Shown here: positions 9,583 to 18,172 of the stretch, piece after piece
Numbering within the stretch: the first letter of the stretch is position 1
Layout: each line of letters starts with the position of its first letter
DNA from: Gemmatimonadota bacterium
GTDB lineage: Bacteria; Gemmatimonadota; Gemmatimonadetes; Palauibacterales; Palauibacteraceae
Reading direction: 5' to 3'
Assembly: GCA_039588275.1 (NCBI GenBank)
Contig: JBDHAC010000055.1
Location: 1 to 38,217, forward strand
Length of the DNA: 38,217 bases
Notes under the pieces: model-generated
Databases searched by the model: none
What the model saw: only the letters and a program-made list of their open reading frames with translations
Told to the model about the DNA's origin: nothing
Position numbers and translations under genes: made by a program

Positions 9583-9984
9583 CTAGAAGGTGGCGGGGCG
9601 ATGGGAGACGAGCAGCGCGAGACCGATCGCGAGGCCTCCGACCGCGGGCACCAGGTCTCCCGTCACGAGTGCGAACGCCAAGCCGGTCAGTGCGGGCAAC
9701 TCGGCCAACGCCCAGATCATGATGGCCGTGGTCCGGGTCTGACTGAGCGTGGCCTCCGGGCGTAACCGCCCGCGCAACACTCCGGCCAGGAACAGCGCTG
9801 CGACCGAGAGCGCGAGCCACACCCAGCGCAGCGCGCCCGCACCACCACTCCCGGATCTCCCGCTCGCCAGGAGGAACAGGACGATCGCTCCGAACGTCAC
9901 CAGGCCGCCCAGGATCGCGCCATGAATGATCCGCAGAGTCTGGCGGAAGTCTCCGGAGTCTCCCGTCGCGTTCATCAGCCACAC
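9583..9984 (-). CDS. Hypothetical membrane protein (about 4 TM)
   Basis: Four hydrophobic segments, IIWALAE-like motif (IMWALAELP); downstream of and co-oriented with the cupin; start GTG 9984 or ATG 9975. Confidence 0.7.
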   Translation of the reverse strand: MWLMNATGDSGDFRQTLRIIHGAILGGLVTFGAIVLFLLASGRSGSGGAGALRWVWLALSVAALFLAGVLRGRLRPEATLSQTRTTAIMIWALAELPALTGLAFALVTGDLVPAVGGLAIGLALLVSHRPATF

Positions 9985-10044
9985 CTTCCCGTTCGCGCGG
10001 TCACCGGTGGATCATCCCGGTCGATCCGCTCGGCGGCGAGTCGT

Positions 10045-10407
10045 TCATGATGTGCGCCCATAGCGATCTTCGAGGCGGACGACGTCATCCAGCTCGGGCG
10101 TGCTCACCTCGAGGATCACGCTATCCTCGATCGCTTCCATCCTGTGTACGGTCTCCGGCGGAATCTCGATCGCCTCACCGGGCTGCCACTCGAACGTGCG
10201 CTCGCCCAGTGTGAAACGCATGCGTCCCGATTGAAGGTACAGGGTCTCGTGCTTCACGCGGTGCTTCTGCAGCGAGAGCAGTTGCCCTTCGGTCACTTCC
10301 AGAATCTTGCCTGCATAGCGAGCCGTGTGAGCGTACCACACCTCTCGACCCCAAGGCTTGTCGACGATCTTGGGGTCGGTGGGTTCGAGAGCCGAATGTG
10401 CGTCCAT
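10045..10407 (-). CDS. Cupin-domain protein (mannose-6-phosphate isomerase C-terminal-like)
   Basis: VDKPWGRE, LSLQKHRVKHET, IPPETVHRMEA, EVSTPELDDVVRLEDRYGR; start re-called at ATG 10407. Confidence 0.85.
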   Translation of the reverse strand: MDAHSALEPTDPKIVDKPWGREVWYAHTARYAGKILEVTEGQLLSLQKHRVKHETLYLQSGRMRFTLGERTFEWQPGEAIEIPPETVHRMEAIEDSVILEVSTPELDDVVRLEDRYGRTS

Positions 10408-10564
10408 CGTGCCATTCCAGAGTGTGCTCGGGGTGATTGCCGCCCCGACAGTGAACTGGCAGGTCGCTGTCGAGTTCCAGCGGGTCGGCGATGCCCGGCG
10501 CAAAAGGCCGGCCACCGGGATTCGGAAGAGGATGGGGGGTGCGCCGAGCGGGCGAAAGAGTGGG

Positions 10565-13500
10565 TCAACGGCAGTTACCCCTGCCCCAGCTCAGTGCGGG
10601 GGGTGAGTGATGACGCAGCTCGGTCAGGTATTGGAACGGATCTTCGTGATCCGCCGTCGCATCCCAGGGCTTCCACGGCTCCTGTAAGGGAAGCGGCTCC
10701 ACGGTCCGCGCGACGACGTTGAAGGTCGCGCCATCTTTCCGAAGCTCGCCACGCACGAACAGGAACGGCTCGAGCCGGATCGCAGACCTGCACTGTTCGT
10801 AGACCGCTGGCTGCACGATCACGTTCACTGGACCGTCCGCATCCTCCATCAGGATGAACACGAATCCCTTGGCCGTGCTGGGACGCTGACGTGCCACCAC
10901 GATGCCGGCGACCTGAACGGGAGTCCCCGCCGGCAGGACGGCGAACCGTCCGGAGGGGACCGTGCCCGCAGGAAGACGATCCTGCACGAGCGTCAGCGGG
11001 TGGAGGCGGGTGGCGAAGGCGAGGACCCGGTACTCGGCGATCAGACCTTCCATCGGGTTCGTGGGCGCGAACGGGAGGCCGGCGTACGGGTCGGCCAACT
11101 CGAGCTCGGCCTGCGAGTGATCCGCCCTGTCCGTGCTGCTGCGCCCCCGGATCGAGCGCCCTTCGCGCTGCAGGATGCCGTTCTTCTCCCCTTCCATCTC
11201 GGGCTCGGGCCCGAGCCATAGCCCCGCCTGCCACAGGAGCTCGCGCCGGTTGAGCCCGAGGCTGTCCAGCCCGCCGACCCAGATGAGGTTCTCCACCGCC
11301 GAACGGGTGAGCGTCGCCGGGGTGCGGCGTAGGAAATCGGGCAGCGAACGATACGGGCCGTCTCGATCCCTCTCTCCGACGACCTGCTCGGCGACCTCCG
11401 TCCCCCAATCGCGCACGAACCCCAGCCCCACGCGGAGATCGTCTCCCTCGCAGATGCACATCACCCGGCTCCGGTTCAGGTCGGGGAGCAGGATTCGGAT
11501 CCCGTTCCGGCGCGCGTCGCGTCCGAGCGCGTCCAGCGAGTAGAACCCCATCGGCTGGTTGTTGAACAGCGCGACGTAGTATTCGGTCGGGTAGTAGTGC
11601 CGCAGCCAGGCCGACTGATAGGCCAGAAGACCGAACGCGGCGGCGTGCGACTTGGGAAAGCCGAACTCGGAGAACGCGACCACCTGCTCGAAGACCTTGA
11701 GCGCCGTCTCTCCGTTCACTCCGTTGGCAGTAGCGCCGCGGCGGAACTCCTCCCAGTAGCCGAGCATCGCTTCCTTGGAGCGCTTGCGGCTCATCGCCCG
11801 TCTGAGCCCCTCGGCCTGGCCGTCGGAGAACCCCGCCAGGGTCTTGCAGACCTTGAGCACCTGGTCCTGGAAGATGATCACGCCGAGCGTCTCCCCCAGC
11901 GCATCTTCGAGCAGGGGGTGGTCGTATCGCACCCGGTAATGCGGGTCCTCGCGCAGGCGCTCCCGACGGCGGACGTAGGGGTTTACCGCTCCACCCACGA
12001 TCGGTCCGGGGCGAACGATCGCCACCTGGATCGCCAGGTCGGCCAGGTTCCGCGGCCGCACGCGCCGCAACATCTGGATCTGGGCGCGGCTCTCGACCTG
12101 GAAGAGCCCCACCGTATCACCCGAACAGATGCGGTCGTAGATCGCCTCGTCCTCGTAATCGATCCGCGACAGGTCCGGCACTTCGCCGTGGCGGACCGCG
12201 ATCGACTCCACCGCCTCTTCCACGAGCGACAGCATCCCGAGGGCGAGAAAATCGATCTTGATGAAGCCGGCATCGTCGCAGGAGTCCTTGTCCCACTGGC
12301 ACAGGACACGTCCTTCCATGGCGGCGGGCTCGAGCGGCACCAGCTCCACGAGCGGTCGGCTCGAGATGACCATGCCGCCCACGTGCTGGGAGATGTGGCG
12401 CGGCAGGCCGGCGATCTCCTCCGCCAGCTGCGCGAGCGCGCCCCACAGCGGAGACCCTGCCATCTCCCGGAACTCGGGCAGCCGCTCCAGCTCTTCCTTC
12501 AGCCCGCCGGAGCCGGGATCCGCCAGCTTGGCCAGCTTTTCGATCTCGCCGAACGGGAGCCCGAGCGCCTTCCCGATCTCACGCACGGTCGAGCGGGTCC
12601 GGTACGTGGGGAACGTGCATACGAGACCCACGTGCTCGCCCCCGTAGCGCTCGTACACGGCCAGGATCAGCTCCTCCCGGATGTCGCGCGCGAAGTCGAG
12701 ATCGATGTCGGGCACGCTCCCCATCGCCTCGTTCAGGAAGCGGCCCAGATACAGGTTCGTCTGCACGGGATCCACGTGAGACAGACCGATCAGGTAACAG
12801 ATGATCGAGGAGACCGAAGAGCCGCGGCCGCGGCCGGGTGGCAGCGTTGCGCGCGGCGTCGCATCGCCGCCGCGGACCCGGCCCGCCACCTCGCGCGCCA
12901 GCTCCAGGATGTCGCGGTACACGAGGAAGAAACCGGCGAGGTCGTGCCGATCCACGAGGACGAGCTCGCGCTCGAGCCGTAACTCCGCTTCCTTCCGCCT
13001 CTCCGATCCCGGCGGGTAGCGTTCCTCGAGGGCCGTACGGCACACCTCTGCGAGAACCCGAATCGCGGAGGCTCGGTCGCTTCCGACGAAATCGGGGAAT
13101 TCGTACCCCAGGTCGCGGGTGAGGTCGAATTCCGCACACCGCTCGGCGATCGCCAGCGTGTGGGCCAGCGCATCGGGGCGGCTCTCGAACCGGGAGGTCA
13201 TCTCTTCGACCGAAGCGAGGTGAAAGCACGCGTTGGGGCGCCGGAGCTCATGCGAGTCGTCGACCGTCGTCCGGTTGCGGATCGAGACCAGGACGTCCTG
13301 CAGGCGGTGACGCGACCGTCGGTGGTAGTGGACGTTCCCGGTGGCCACGACGGGGATCTCCAGCCGGTCCGCCAGGGCGGTGAGGACACGGTTTCGGGTA
13401 CGGTCACCGTGCACGGCGTTGTCTTGAAGCTCGACGAACAGGTGCCGGGGACCGAACGCCGCGAGCAGCCGGCGGGCGAAAGCTTCCCCCTCCCGGGTGC

Positions 13501-13984
13501 CTCGCTCGAGCGCCGCCTGGAGCGGACTCCGACGACACCCGCTGAGCAGGATCAGCCCCTCGGGGCGCTCCAGGAGGGCATCCAGCGGAAGCCTCGGCTC
13601 CCCCCGCGGGCTCTCCATGTGTGCCTGCGTGAGCAGCCGACACAGGTTGGCGTAGCCTCGGGGTGTCTCGGCGAGGAGCGTGACGTGGTGCTCCGACGGG
13701 CCGGTCGCGCCCGCCCCGGTTTCACCGTTCCCGTCACCGCCCCGATCGGCGTTCTCGTCGGCGAAAGGCGTCGCGAGCGTCACTTCGGCACCGGTGATCG
13801 GCTGCAGCCCGGATGCGCGCGCGAACCGGGCGAACTCCATCGAGCCGTACAGACCATCGTGGTCCGTGAGGGCGAGCGCCGGATATCCCAACTCGATCGC
13901 TCGCAACGCCAGCTCTTCAGGACGCGAGGCGCCATCCAGGAACGAGTAGGCGGAGTGGCAGTGAAGCTCGACGTATCCGCTCAT
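10565..13984 (-). CDS. dnaE2: Error-prone DNA polymerase III alpha (DnaE2/ImuC)
   Basis: PHP (ELHCHSAYSFLDGAS, ALTDHDG), GRGSS, PDIDLDF, PRHISQHVGG, QWDKD..KIDFLALGML, FGFPKSHAAAF, OB-fold RQRPSTAKG; lies downstream of imuB. Confidence 0.95.
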   Translation of the reverse strand: MSGYVELHCHSAYSFLDGASRPEELALRAIELGYPALALTDHDGLYGSMEFARFARASGLQPITGAEVTLATPFADENADRGGDGNGETGAGATGPSEHHVTLLAETPRGYANLCRLLTQAHMESPRGEPRLPLDALLERPEGLILLSGCRRSPLQAALERGTREGEAFARRLLAAFGPRHLFVELQDNAVHGDRTRNRVLTALADRLEIPVVATGNVHYHRRSRHRLQDVLVSIRNRTTVDDSHELRRPNACFHLASVEEMTSRFESRPDALAHTLAIAERCAEFDLTRDLGYEFPDFVGSDRASAIRVLAEVCRTALEERYPPGSERRKEAELRLERELVLVDRHDLAGFFLVYRDILELAREVAGRVRGGDATPRATLPPGRGRGSSVSSIICYLIGLSHVDPVQTNLYLGRFLNEAMGSVPDIDLDFARDIREELILAVYERYGGEHVGLVCTFPTYRTRSTVREIGKALGLPFGEIEKLAKLADPGSGGLKEELERLPEFREMAGSPLWGALAQLAEEIAGLPRHISQHVGGMVISSRPLVELVPLEPAAMEGRVLCQWDKDSCDDAGFIKIDFLALGMLSLVEEAVESIAVRHGEVPDLSRIDYEDEAIYDRICSGDTVGLFQVESRAQIQMLRRVRPRNLADLAIQVAIVRPGPIVGGAVNPYVRRRERLREDPHYRVRYDHPLLEDALGETLGVIIFQDQVLKVCKTLAGFSDGQAEGLRRAMSRKRSKEAMLGYWEEFRRGATANGVNGETALKVFEQVVAFSEFGFPKSHAAAFGLLAYQSAWLRHYYPTEYYVALFNNQPMGFYSLDALGRDARRNGIRILLPDLNRSRVMCICEGDDLRVGLGFVRDWGTEVAEQVVGERDRDGPYRSLPDFLRRTPATLTRSAVENLIWVGGLDSLGLNRRELLWQAGLWLGPEPEMEGEKNGILQREGRSIRGRSSTDRADHSQAELELADPYAGLPFAPTNPMEGLIAEYRVLAFATRLHPLTLVQDRLPAGTVPSGRFAVLPAGTPVQVAGIVVARQRPSTAKGFVFILMEDADGPVNVIVQPAVYEQCRSAIRLEPFLFVRGELRKDGATFNVVARTVEPLPLQEPWKPWDATADHEDPFQYLTELRHHSPPALSWGRGNCR

Positions 13985-13988
13985 GCTA

Positions 13989-14340
13989 GTAGGCCGCTGA
14001 AGGACTCCAGCGGGCCGCGTTACGAGCGCGGGGTACCCGCGTCAGCGGGTCAGGGCGGATCCAAGGTGGCGCGACGACGCGATGTCGTGAGCCATCGGGG
14101 AGAAGCGACCCGTGGCGCGCGCAGCGCGACACATTGAGCCGAAGGTGAAACCACGACGGAGGTGCCCCCGCGCCGCTGTGACCCAAAGGGCGCATGGGGG
14201 TTGTGGCCGAATACGGCGTCTCTCGTCGTCGACGATACCACGGCATCGCCTTCCTCCTCGTTCCTTGTCTTCGACTCACAAGACGGGTACCCACCGCAGG
14301 TGGGTGGCGCGCGACCCACTCGAGTCCTTCAGCGGCCTAC
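13989..14340. mobile_element. MITE-like structured repeat, copy 1 (352 bp)
   Basis: Perfect 19-bp TIR GTAGGCCGCTGAAGGACTC (13989-14007) / GAGTCCTTCAGCGGCCTAC (14322-14340); two internal blocks nearly identical to 16081-16375; no transposase. Confidence 0.75.
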
Positions 14341-14395
14341 CAAGGCTCGGGCGAGGGGGGAGAAGCCTGGCAAATCGCCGTCAGGCAGGTCGCTG

Positions 14396-14698
14396 CTAAT
14401 GTGCCTGGAGGAACCATTCGCCCGTGACCAGGTCCCGGTACAGGGTCACGAGCCGCCCCTCATCCAGAACCACCGCGTAATAGGCGCGCGAGATCGTCAG
14501 ACGCCACCACTCGTCGTCGATCCGCCAGGACTCACGAATCGAGGTGACCGCCCGCCATTCCCGGTCGTTCCTGACGCGAATCGGACGCCCCTCGGCATCG
14601 GCGACTACATGGACCGGACGGGGTCGGTTCAGGGGGCGGACCTGTGTCGCCGTGGCATCGTGCGGCTTCATGGGCGGCAACCGATCTACGTGATTCAT
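14396..14698 (-). CDS. Small ImuB-C-like protein (DUF6504-like) between imuB and dnaE2
   Basis: RPLNRPRPVHV...AVTSIRESWRIDDEWWR..ISRAYYAV..GRLVTLYRDL..GEWFLQ resembles the ImuB C-terminal W-rich domain; start ATG 14698 or 14671. Confidence 0.78.
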   Translation of the reverse strand: MNHVDRLPPMKPHDATATQVRPLNRPRPVHVVADAEGRPIRVRNDREWRAVTSIRESWRIDDEWWRLTISRAYYAVVLDEGRLVTLYRDLVTGEWFLQAH

Positions 14699-14733
14699 GG
14701 GATGCCTGTGGCAGGCCCTCGCGGGCCGTCCGT

Positions 14734-16050
14734 TTAGCGACCTGCTTCGAGCTCGAGCAGCGCATGGCGCCGCTCCGGAATGCGTGAGACGGGCTGCAGC
14801 TCCAACACGCGATACAGGACCCCACGTCCCAGACGGAGCCTCAGGGTACGCGCGGCTTCGCGAACAGGTGGAAGCAACGTTCCTTCGGCGGTCTCGAGGC
14901 CGCTGAATTTCCTCTTCGCGTCTCGCCTCGGCTCGAAGAGATCGGTCTGTGCGCTGGGCGGACCGAATCGGAAGAACTCCAATGACAGGCTCTCGACCGC
15001 CCGCTGAGGAGGATAGAGCGCGATCCGTGAGCGCAGCACGAACCCGAGGGTCTTCTTCGTGCTCGTCGGATCGCGAAGGATGGTCCGCACGGACCAGGAT
15101 CGTCCATCTTCCAACGTCGCGCCCAGGCGGATACCGCGAATGCTTCGCCCACGCCGGGCCGGGCGAGCGAGCCCACGTTCGAGCAGGTGATCGACCGCCG
15201 CGTGCAGCATCTCCAACTGACCGACCGGAGCGGGAAAATCCAGCGATACGCACACCGGCCGCACACGGCGTCGTGGGTGAACGGGATCGATCCGCCGACC
15301 GGTCGCCCACGCGAGCGCTCGCCGTCCATCGGCACCGAATTGAGCGATGAGCGCAGGCTCGGGGAGTCTCGTAAGCTGCCCGAGTCGGACGACCCCCAAC
15401 TGTTCGAGCCGTCGCACCATGCGTGGATTCACCGGCAGGACCGACACGGGGCGATCCGCAAGAAACGGAACGAGCCGCTCTTCGGGCACCATGACCGGAT
15501 TTCGTGGTTTCGCACGGTTCACCGCCACCCAGGCGCCGAACTTTCCCGGCGCGCACCCCACCCGTAGATCGGCCGTCACCTGGCTCGGGAACCCACGCGC
15601 CAGGTGCCGCAGCAAGCCTGCGACCTGATCTCCGGGTGGACCGTACAGACGCTCCAGACCGTCGGTCCCGATGAAGAACCGCCCCCGACCCGCGGGCTCG
15701 ACTACCGGGCTCCAGGTCTGGAGCTCGTACAGCAGAGATTCCTGATTCGATTCGTAAAACGCCGGGTCCGGTTCGATAACGTTGAGGGAAGGACACAGCC
15801 CGACGGCCTGAGAAACTCGCATTCCCGCTCGAACACCCACACCGACTGCACGCTCGCAAGCCTGTGAAATCTCCCGTCGCTCTCCCCCTCTCGAAGCCAG
15901 AAGCGCCAGCGGACTTCCCGACAACTCGGGAGCGCGGATTCGCTCGAGACGGAGCTCGAAGGCCGGCAGCCACAGACAGAGAACCATGCAGTTCTCGCGG
16001 CTACGCTTTCCAGCCCGATGACGCTTCCACGAGCGGACGCGACTCTCCAC
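14734..16050 (-). CDS. imuB: ImuB-like, catalytically inactive Y-family polymerase
   Basis: Y-family features (GVRAGMRVSQA..LCP, WSPVVEP, FLADRPVSVL, LGVVRLGQL..L..QFG); catalytic acidic residues absent; QTDLF clamp motif; AGGAGG 9 nt before GTG 16050. Confidence 0.85.
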   Translation of the reverse strand: MESRVRSWKRHRAGKRSRENCMVLCLWLPAFELRLERIRAPELSGSPLALLASRGGERREISQACERAVGVGVRAGMRVSQAVGLCPSLNVIEPDPAFYESNQESLLYELQTWSPVVEPAGRGRFFIGTDGLERLYGPPGDQVAGLLRHLARGFPSQVTADLRVGCAPGKFGAWVAVNRAKPRNPVMVPEERLVPFLADRPVSVLPVNPRMVRRLEQLGVVRLGQLTRLPEPALIAQFGADGRRALAWATGRRIDPVHPRRRVRPVCVSLDFPAPVGQLEMLHAAVDHLLERGLARPARRGRSIRGIRLGATLEDGRSWSVRTILRDPTSTKKTLGFVLRSRIALYPPQRAVESLSLEFFRFGPPSAQTDLFEPRRDAKRKFSGLETAEGTLLPPVREAARTLRLRLGRGVLYRVLELQPVSRIPERRHALLELEAGR

Positions 16051-16080
16051 GCTTCGGTACCTCCTGCGAGCTTCGTCCTA

Positions 16081-16375
16081 GCAGGCTGTTGAAGAACTCG
16101 AGCGGGTCGCGTTACGCGCGCCGTGGGGGCAGATCCAAGGCGGCGCGACGACGCGATGTCGTGAGCCATCGGGGAGGAGCGACAACGATGGAGATGCCCC
16201 CACGCCGCCGTAACGGTAACAAGCGCGCCAGCGCTTGTCGGGGCGCATGGGGGTTGTGGCCGAATGCGGCGTCACTCGTCGTCGACGATGCTCAGGCATC
16301 GCCTTCCTCCTCATTCCTTGTCTTCGACTCACAAGACCCATACGCGCGGCCCGCTGGAGTTCTTCAGCAGCCTGC
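16081..16375. mobile_element. MITE-like structured repeat, copy 2 (295 bp)
   Basis: TIR GCAGGCTGTTGAAGAACTC (16081-16099) / GAGTTCTTCAGCAGCCTGC (16357-16375), 18/19 match, extending imperfectly to ~30 bp; internal homology to copy 1. Confidence 0.75.
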
Positions 16376-16397
16376 AGAGGGACGCGACCACGAAAAA

Positions 16398-16458
16398 CCG
16401 AAGAAAACCCGAAAGTCGGGCAGAAAAAAATAGCCCTTCTCGAGCGGTTCGCAAGGGC
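16398..16458 (-). promoter_or_regulatory. Candidate promoter/operator and/or intrinsic terminator upstream of the imuB cassette
   Basis: Minus strand TTGCGA-N16-TATTTT; hairpin GCCCTT..AAGGGC followed by a T7 tract; 11-bp-period direct repeat CCGAAG-AAAAC-CCGAAA (16398-16414). Confidence 0.45.
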
Positions 16459-16481
16459 ATTCGGTTTCGGGCCGGCGCGAC

Positions 16482-17063
16482 TCAGTCCCTTCGAGGACAC
16501 CCCGAGGCGTCGTAATGACGCTCGATCTCTTCCAGAGAGCGTTTGGAGTCTTCGTACAATCGATCCGCGGCCTCGCCCCTGCCCGTCGCGTACTGCTCCG
16601 AGAGCGATATGAACCTCTCATCGACCGCTCGATAGCCCGTCCACAGACCTTCGCACCCGAGCCGTCCGAGATCGAAATCCTCCATTCGCTCCCTGTACCG
16701 CGACACGGCAGTCTCGAACCCCTCGGCGATATCCAGCAACTCGGGCATCCGCGCACGATCAGCGATCGAGCTGAACGCCGCCGCCGACCCGGTCTCGCCC
16801 GCCCCGAAGCGATCGTAGAGCACCCACACCGCCGACAGCACGAGCATGATCGCCGCGACCATGATGATTCCACGCCCATGGCGTCGCCAAAACGAGGACC
16901 CTCTGCGGCCCGGCATGACGAGAGGAATCTCGACCCCGTTCGATTCTTCGATGGGATCGATGGCAGGATTGTCGGAGTCGTCCGCGGGATCGACGATCGA
17001 AAAAGGTGGCCGGACCTCTTCTCCACCCTGATCCAACTCGTCGCGGTTCTCGAGTACACCCAT
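16482..17063 (-). CDS. Hypothetical single-TM protein
   Basis: Acidic N-terminus, TM helix GIIMVAAIMLVLSAVWVLY, helical C-terminus with two Cys; start ATG 17063 after a GGGGAG-like RBS (could be 17108). Confidence 0.6.
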   Translation of the reverse strand: MGVLENRDELDQGGEEVRPPFSIVDPADDSDNPAIDPIEESNGVEIPLVMPGRRGSSFWRRHGRGIIMVAAIMLVLSAVWVLYDRFGAGETGSAAAFSSIADRARMPELLDIAEGFETAVSRYRERMEDFDLGRLGCEGLWTGYRAVDERFISLSEQYATGRGEAADRLYEDSKRSLEEIERHYDASGCPRRD

Positions 17064-17176
17064 CACTCCCCCCCAACCCTGCGTGCGATCGTGAACAGGC
17101 CGCTGCACCTGCTACCGTCTACCGCGTGACCGCACGCCGCGTGACCCCGCCGGCCGCGCTACATCAGAACGCTACA

Positions 17177-18172
17177 TCAGAAGATGGCCACCAGATCCAG
17201 AACCGGCACCCCCATCAATACGGACCGCCCCATGCGCACCTGTGCGAGCACGTCGATCATTTCCAACGCATCCAGCTGTTGCACGTCCGGCAGCAGCTCG
17301 GGCGGCACGGCCAGGTAGACGAACCCATCCGCCGGGTCGGGCGCGCGCGCGAGGATGAAGGGCTCTCCCTCGTAGAAGTCCGTCCGCTCCGGCTCCGCCC
17401 GCTCCAGCGAAATGAACTGCACCGACCAGCGCACCGTGCGTCCCAGATAGTCTTCCGGGGTGGCGCGCACGGCGGCGGCCGAAACGCCGGCGAGGATCGA
17501 GTCGGGATTCGAGGTCGCGAGCTCCGAGGAACGAACCCAGCCGTCGATGATCACTCGGGTCCACCGGTTCCCCCGCTCGACGACCCTGAGTCCGCTTCCA
17601 GGACGAATCACCGCGATCGTGTCACCCTCGGGAGCGGTCCGAAGATCGACCGGGTTGGAGCCCGCCACTACCCTCTCACCCGCCGCGACCACGGCGGGCG
17701 GAGCCGGGCGAGGGGCCTCTGACTCTCCCTCACCGGCCGGCGCCATCAGGTCTGCCAGCGACGGGCGCCACATCCAACCCATCCGGCGCACGTGGCTCCA
17801 CCGGGCCTGTTCCTCGACAACGTCCAGGAGGAACCCCTGCAGGAGGCGCGCGGTCACGTCGCCATCCGGGCTGGCTCGCAGCTCCTCTCCACCCACCCGC
17901 GTGACGACGCGGTTGAAGCCCTCGCGCGTGGTCGGAGACAAGGAGCTCGTAGGCATCCACCCCTCCATGCTGACCTCCGCCCAATCGCCCTGTATGCGCA
18001 CGAGCGCCAGACGGGTGCCTCGCAGAACTTCGGCGAGCCGGCGGCCGTTCGCATTCTTCCGGAAGATCTCGCTCTCGGCGGACACACGAACCGCCTGTGC
18101 CACCGAGTCGGAGGATATGAGAAGCACCGGGAGCGCGATGGCTGCGACCGCCATCAGGTGTCGAGTGTTCAC
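17177..18172 (-). CDS. Secreted protein with repeated SH3-like domains
   Basis: Signal peptide (..SSDSVAQA); three repeats ending GDWAEVSMEGWM / ARWSHVRRMGWM / NRWTRVIIDGWV; start GTG 18172 or ATG 18154. Confidence 0.75.
   Translation of the reverse strand: MNTRHLMAVAAIALPVLLISSDSVAQAVRVSAESEIFRKNANGRRLAEVLRGTRLALVRIQGDWAEVSMEGWMPTSSLSPTTREGFNRVVTRVGGEELRASPDGDVTARLLQGFLLDVVEEQARWSHVRRMGWMWRPSLADLMAPAGEGESEAPRPAPPAVVAAGERVVAGSNPVDLRTAPEGDTIAVIRPGSGLRVVERGNRWTRVIIDGWVRSSELATSNPDSILAGVSAAAVRATPEDYLGRTVRWSVQFISLERAEPERTDFYEGEPFILARAPDPADGFVYLAVPPELLPDVQQLDALEMIDVLAQVRMGRSVLMGVPVLDLVAIF

Noticed and set aside
11597..12982. Long antisense/alternate ORFs (e.g. 11597-12982, 13160-14137, 51-1064, 7010-8077, 34153-35241, 5' part of 17460-19085)
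   Set aside because: Overlap well-supported genes and reflect stop-codon scarcity in high-GC DNA
13986..14344. Target-site duplication or autonomous IS for the repeat elements
   Set aside because: Left flanks are CTA in both copies but right flanks (CAAG, AGAG) do not duplicate them; no transposase ORF in the window
14699..15973. 525-aa ORF 14396-15973 read as one protein or as a frameshift fusion with imuB
   Set aside because: The first ~425 aa are an Arg/Ala/Gly-rich alternate frame of imuB; only the last ~100 aa look like protein; imuB has its own stop and no slippery site is evident
13989..16375. CRISPR array or known riboswitch
   Set aside because: Only two long dispersed copies, no repeat-spacer periodicity, no cas genes; no riboswitch consensus I can recognise
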